A stretch of 64,000 bases of DNA from an uncultured Gammaproteobacteria bacterium (lineage in GTDB: Bacteria > Pseudomonadota > Gammaproteobacteria > JAAEPA01): positions 39,792-103,791 of the forward strand of contig CAVSWL010000006.1 of NCBI GenBank assembly GCA_963731655.1. The letters are read 5' to 3'. The position numbers and the translations under genes are program-made. Below, piece by piece: positions 61,656 through 64,000 of this stretch (positions are counted from its first letter, which is position 1; each line of letters starts with the position of its first letter). A model generated the notes under the pieces. It was not told the DNA's origin and did not search any database. It saw only the letters and a list, made by a program, of their open reading frames with translations.

Positions 61656-62477
61656 GTGCCATGGTCACAGGAAGGTTGGTATCGCACCGGGGGAGTGGTT
61701 ACCGCTAACGGAGATAAGGTAACCGACGACTTGGTGCATTGGGCCTACCGAGAAGGCGAGAATGATTTTGCCGGTTTACTCGAGTACTGCCGCAAAGCCG
61801 GACTTTTCGCAACTCGGATCGATGGCAAGGTACATTATATCGTGGCGCCAATGGGACCCCAGGCCCAGGATTTTGTCCAGATTGAAGTAGAGGAGACTCA
61901 AGAACTGCTAGACCGTCCCCTGTATGGCGATAGGCTTCCTGTGGATATAGAGGACTTCATTGACCCGGTTACCCAACCCATGGAACAAAACAGGCCTATG
62001 GGAGCCCCTCGGTACAAGCTAAAACGGTTGACAATGATGGCGGACTTACTCATGTCGCTACGAGAACGAAGGATGCTCTCGGAGACATTATGGCGGTTTT
62101 TGCAGGACTGGAACCGCAGCAGCGCCGCTCACCATCACCGATTCTGCCATCATTGGGTGCTCGAACTCCACAGCTACATCGGTCGCTATGATGAACACTG
62201 CTATTCCATGACTCCACAATCTTGCTATCGACATTCCATACCCCACCTAGAAGATACCGCGGCTTTTCAAGGATCCCGCCTTGCCAACCAAATCAGACAT
62301 TTCGACCGCAAAATCGGCTATCCCATGGCGTGGTACTTTTACCTACTCAAACGCGATCACGTATCCAGCGACTTGCCTCAAACCGTTATTGAAGACCATC
62401 GCAGGGGATACGCCTATCTTCCCGAAACGGATCAACAGCTCGTTCAGGACTGGTTGGCACAGCCCTACATGCTTTAA
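61656..62477 (+). CDS. Hypothetical His/Cys-containing 273 aa protein at the 3' end of the nif operon
   Basis: Same strand, 178 bp after the previous ORF. Contains HHHRFCHHW and several Cys. No family recognised. The upstream 61499-61708 ORF in another frame could indicate an alternative start or a frameshift. Confidence 0.4.
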   Translation: MPWSQEGWYRTGGVVTANGDKVTDDLVHWAYREGENDFAGLLEYCRKAGLFATRIDGKVHYIVAPMGPQAQDFVQIEVEETQELLDRPLYGDRLPVDIEDFIDPVTQPMEQNRPMGAPRYKLKRLTMMADLLMSLRERRMLSETLWRFLQDWNRSSAAHHHRFCHHWVLELHSYIGRYDEHCYSMTPQSCYRHSIPHLEDTAAFQGSRLANQIRHFDRKIGYPMAWYFYLLKRDHVSSDLPQTVIEDHRRGYAYLPETDQQLVQDWLAQPYML

Positions 62478-62770
62478 TTTTCAATACCCTCCCTCATGCA
62501 GCTCGTAGGGACAAGTTATATCCATGTTCTTAGGACGAGGGTCTCTAGGTCACACTTAAGTATTGTTGTTCGCCGCCGTTAATATTGGGTAAGTATTCCC
62601 CTAATCCCGGAGAGAACTTCATGAATAGAAAAGCACTTCCCAGCTAATGGTGAACTGGTCGGCGCTACTACTGTGGCTGTATATATTGACGGCCTATAGT
62701 CAGCAGATCTGATAGGAACTACCGCCATCATCCATGATAACGGATAGAACCTCTTGAGGGAGAAAACCGG

Positions 62771-64000
62771 ATGAAATTGTTTTCATTAAAACCGGGGGTT
62801 GGTATGCGCCTGATCTTGGGGCTTGCCGTAGTAGTAACCCTGGCACTCAGCGGACTAATCGCGGAGCAAAGCTATGCCCTACGAAAAGATATTCTGGAGC
62901 AGGCAAAACAGGCGCGCATGGCCACTTTGGACCTGCTGGCCGGCAACCTGAGTGGCGCGGTGCGTTGGCGCAAGGCTGAAATGGCCGGAAAAGCCTACGC
63001 CGGATTAATAGAAGAAGGACAGTCACCGATCTCGGACCTTATAGTTTATGATGCAGAAGGAGCCGTTCTGAGCGAGTACCACTCGGAATCCCTGCCCAAT
63101 ATCGACCTGACCGCTGCAAATGTCTCGAAGGATACGGCAGCCGAACACTACCAGGACACCGATACTCATAGCCTCATCACCGTACCGATTCTAGCCGGCA
63201 AGGACCAAACCAGCGTAGGCACTCTGAGCCTAGCCTACAGTAACCACGAATTGGATGCGTTCATCCGGCAACGTCTAGTGGTGGGGATAACCATAGCCAT
63301 TACCTCCCTGATCACCAGTTTGGCCTTATTGGCATTCCTGGTTAGCCGCATCGTGATGCGTCCACTCCGGCATATGCTGAATCTGACCCGTGAACTGGCC
63401 AGTGGTGAGGGTGATCTGACCCAGCGTCTGGAGGTACATGACGGTGATGAATTCGGTTTGCTGGCCCGGCATTTCAATCAGTTTATTTCCCATATTCAGA
63501 CCATAATGGAAGACGTCAACCACTCGTTCTCCGAGGTCGCCGCTTCTGCCCAAACCGCATTTATGACCACCGGCGAAGCAGAACAACTTACCGAGCAGCA
63601 ACGCACGAAGATCGAGCAAACCGCGGCCGCGGTGACCGAGATGTCCGCCAGCGCCAGCGAAGTGGCCGAAAGCGCCTTGCGTGCAGCCGAATCCACCTCC
63701 CGAGCCGACCGCGCTGCAACAGCCGGTAACCAAGTGGTTAAGGACGCAGTCAGCCATATCGACGGTCTGGCCCGCAAGGTCGTGGCTGCGGCCGAGCTGG
63801 TGCAGCGCTTGGAGGGGGACAGCCAGGGTATAGGCACGGTACTGGATGTGATTCGCAGTATCGCACAGCAAACTAACTTGCTGGCGTTGAACGCCGCCAT
63901 CGAGGCGGCCCGGGCCGGAGAACAGGGGCGCGGATTTGCCGTGGTGGCGGACGAGGTCCGCACTTTGGCCAAGCGGACGCAGGACTCCACCGAAGAAATC
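62771..64000 (+). CDS. Methyl-accepting chemotaxis protein (partial, runs off the window end)
   Basis: N-terminal TM, periplasmic ligand-binding region, second TM, HAMP, then the highly conserved MCP signalling domain ([37 protein letters not shown]). Confidence 0.85.
   Translation, partial: MKLFSLKPGVGMRLILGLAVVVTLALSGLIAEQSYALRKDILEQAKQARMATLDLLAGNLSGAVRWRKAEMAGKAYAGLIEEGQSPISDLIVYDAEGAVLSEYHSESLPNIDLTAANVSKDTAAEHYQDTDTHSLITVPILAGKDQTSVGTLSLAYSNHELDAFIRQRLVVGITIAITSLITSLALLAFLVSRIVMRPLRHMLNLTRELASGEGDLTQRLEVHDGDEFGLLARHFNQFISHIQTIMEDVNHSFSEVAASAQTAFMTTGEAEQLTEQQRTKIEQTAAAVTEMSASASEVAESALRAAESTSRADRAATAGNQVVKDAVSHIDGLARKVVAAAELVQRLEGDSQGIGTVLDVIRSIAQQTNLLALNAAIEAARAGEQGRGFAVVADEVRTLAKRTQDSTEEI

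Overview
This 64 kb window is a GC-rich (roughly 55-60%) chromosomal segment from a diazotrophic proteobacterium, most likely a gammaproteobacterium. It contains three conserved blocks: a complete System I cytochrome c maturation operon ccmABCDEFGHI (7.9-15.0 kb), a MoxR/DUF58/transglutaminase (TgpA) operon (50.2-54.2 kb) and a Mo-nitrogenase operon nifHDKT-fdx-nifY plus two unknown ORFs (55.9-62.5 kb) with a recognisable -24/-12 promoter, ending in a partial MCP chemoreceptor gene. Between these blocks lies accessory-looking DNA. Starting at 59 bp, an 800-aa 2OG-oxygenase fusion protein sits next to a PhaC-like alpha/beta hydrolase, followed by an Atm1-type ABC exporter. A QseE/QseG/QseF-like (GlrK-lipoprotein-GlrR) sigma-54 signalling operon lies at 16-19.4 kb, followed by an FtsH paralog with a DedA neighbour. 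An IS-rich scar zone spans 24.5-32.4 kb: an IS66-family element with GTAA inverted repeats whose transposase is split by a nested, decayed IS4-like element, and an IS1182-like element inserted into a marC-family gene. Next comes a sugar/energy island with a plasma-membrane-type H+ P-type ATPase, phosphoketolase and a GH100 invertase, flanked by remnants of an MFS pump, a histidine phosphatase and a cyoB/cyoC cytochrome bo3 operon. An RND efflux pair follows. The most unusual part is a small redox cluster at 45-50 kb: an orphan ParA, a CYTH protein, an operon of a ligand-less pseudo-Rieske membrane protein plus a TauE/SafE transporter, a divergent triheme c7-type cytochrome and a RAYT-like HUH transposase. 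No rRNA, tRNA or CRISPR array was recognised by eye.
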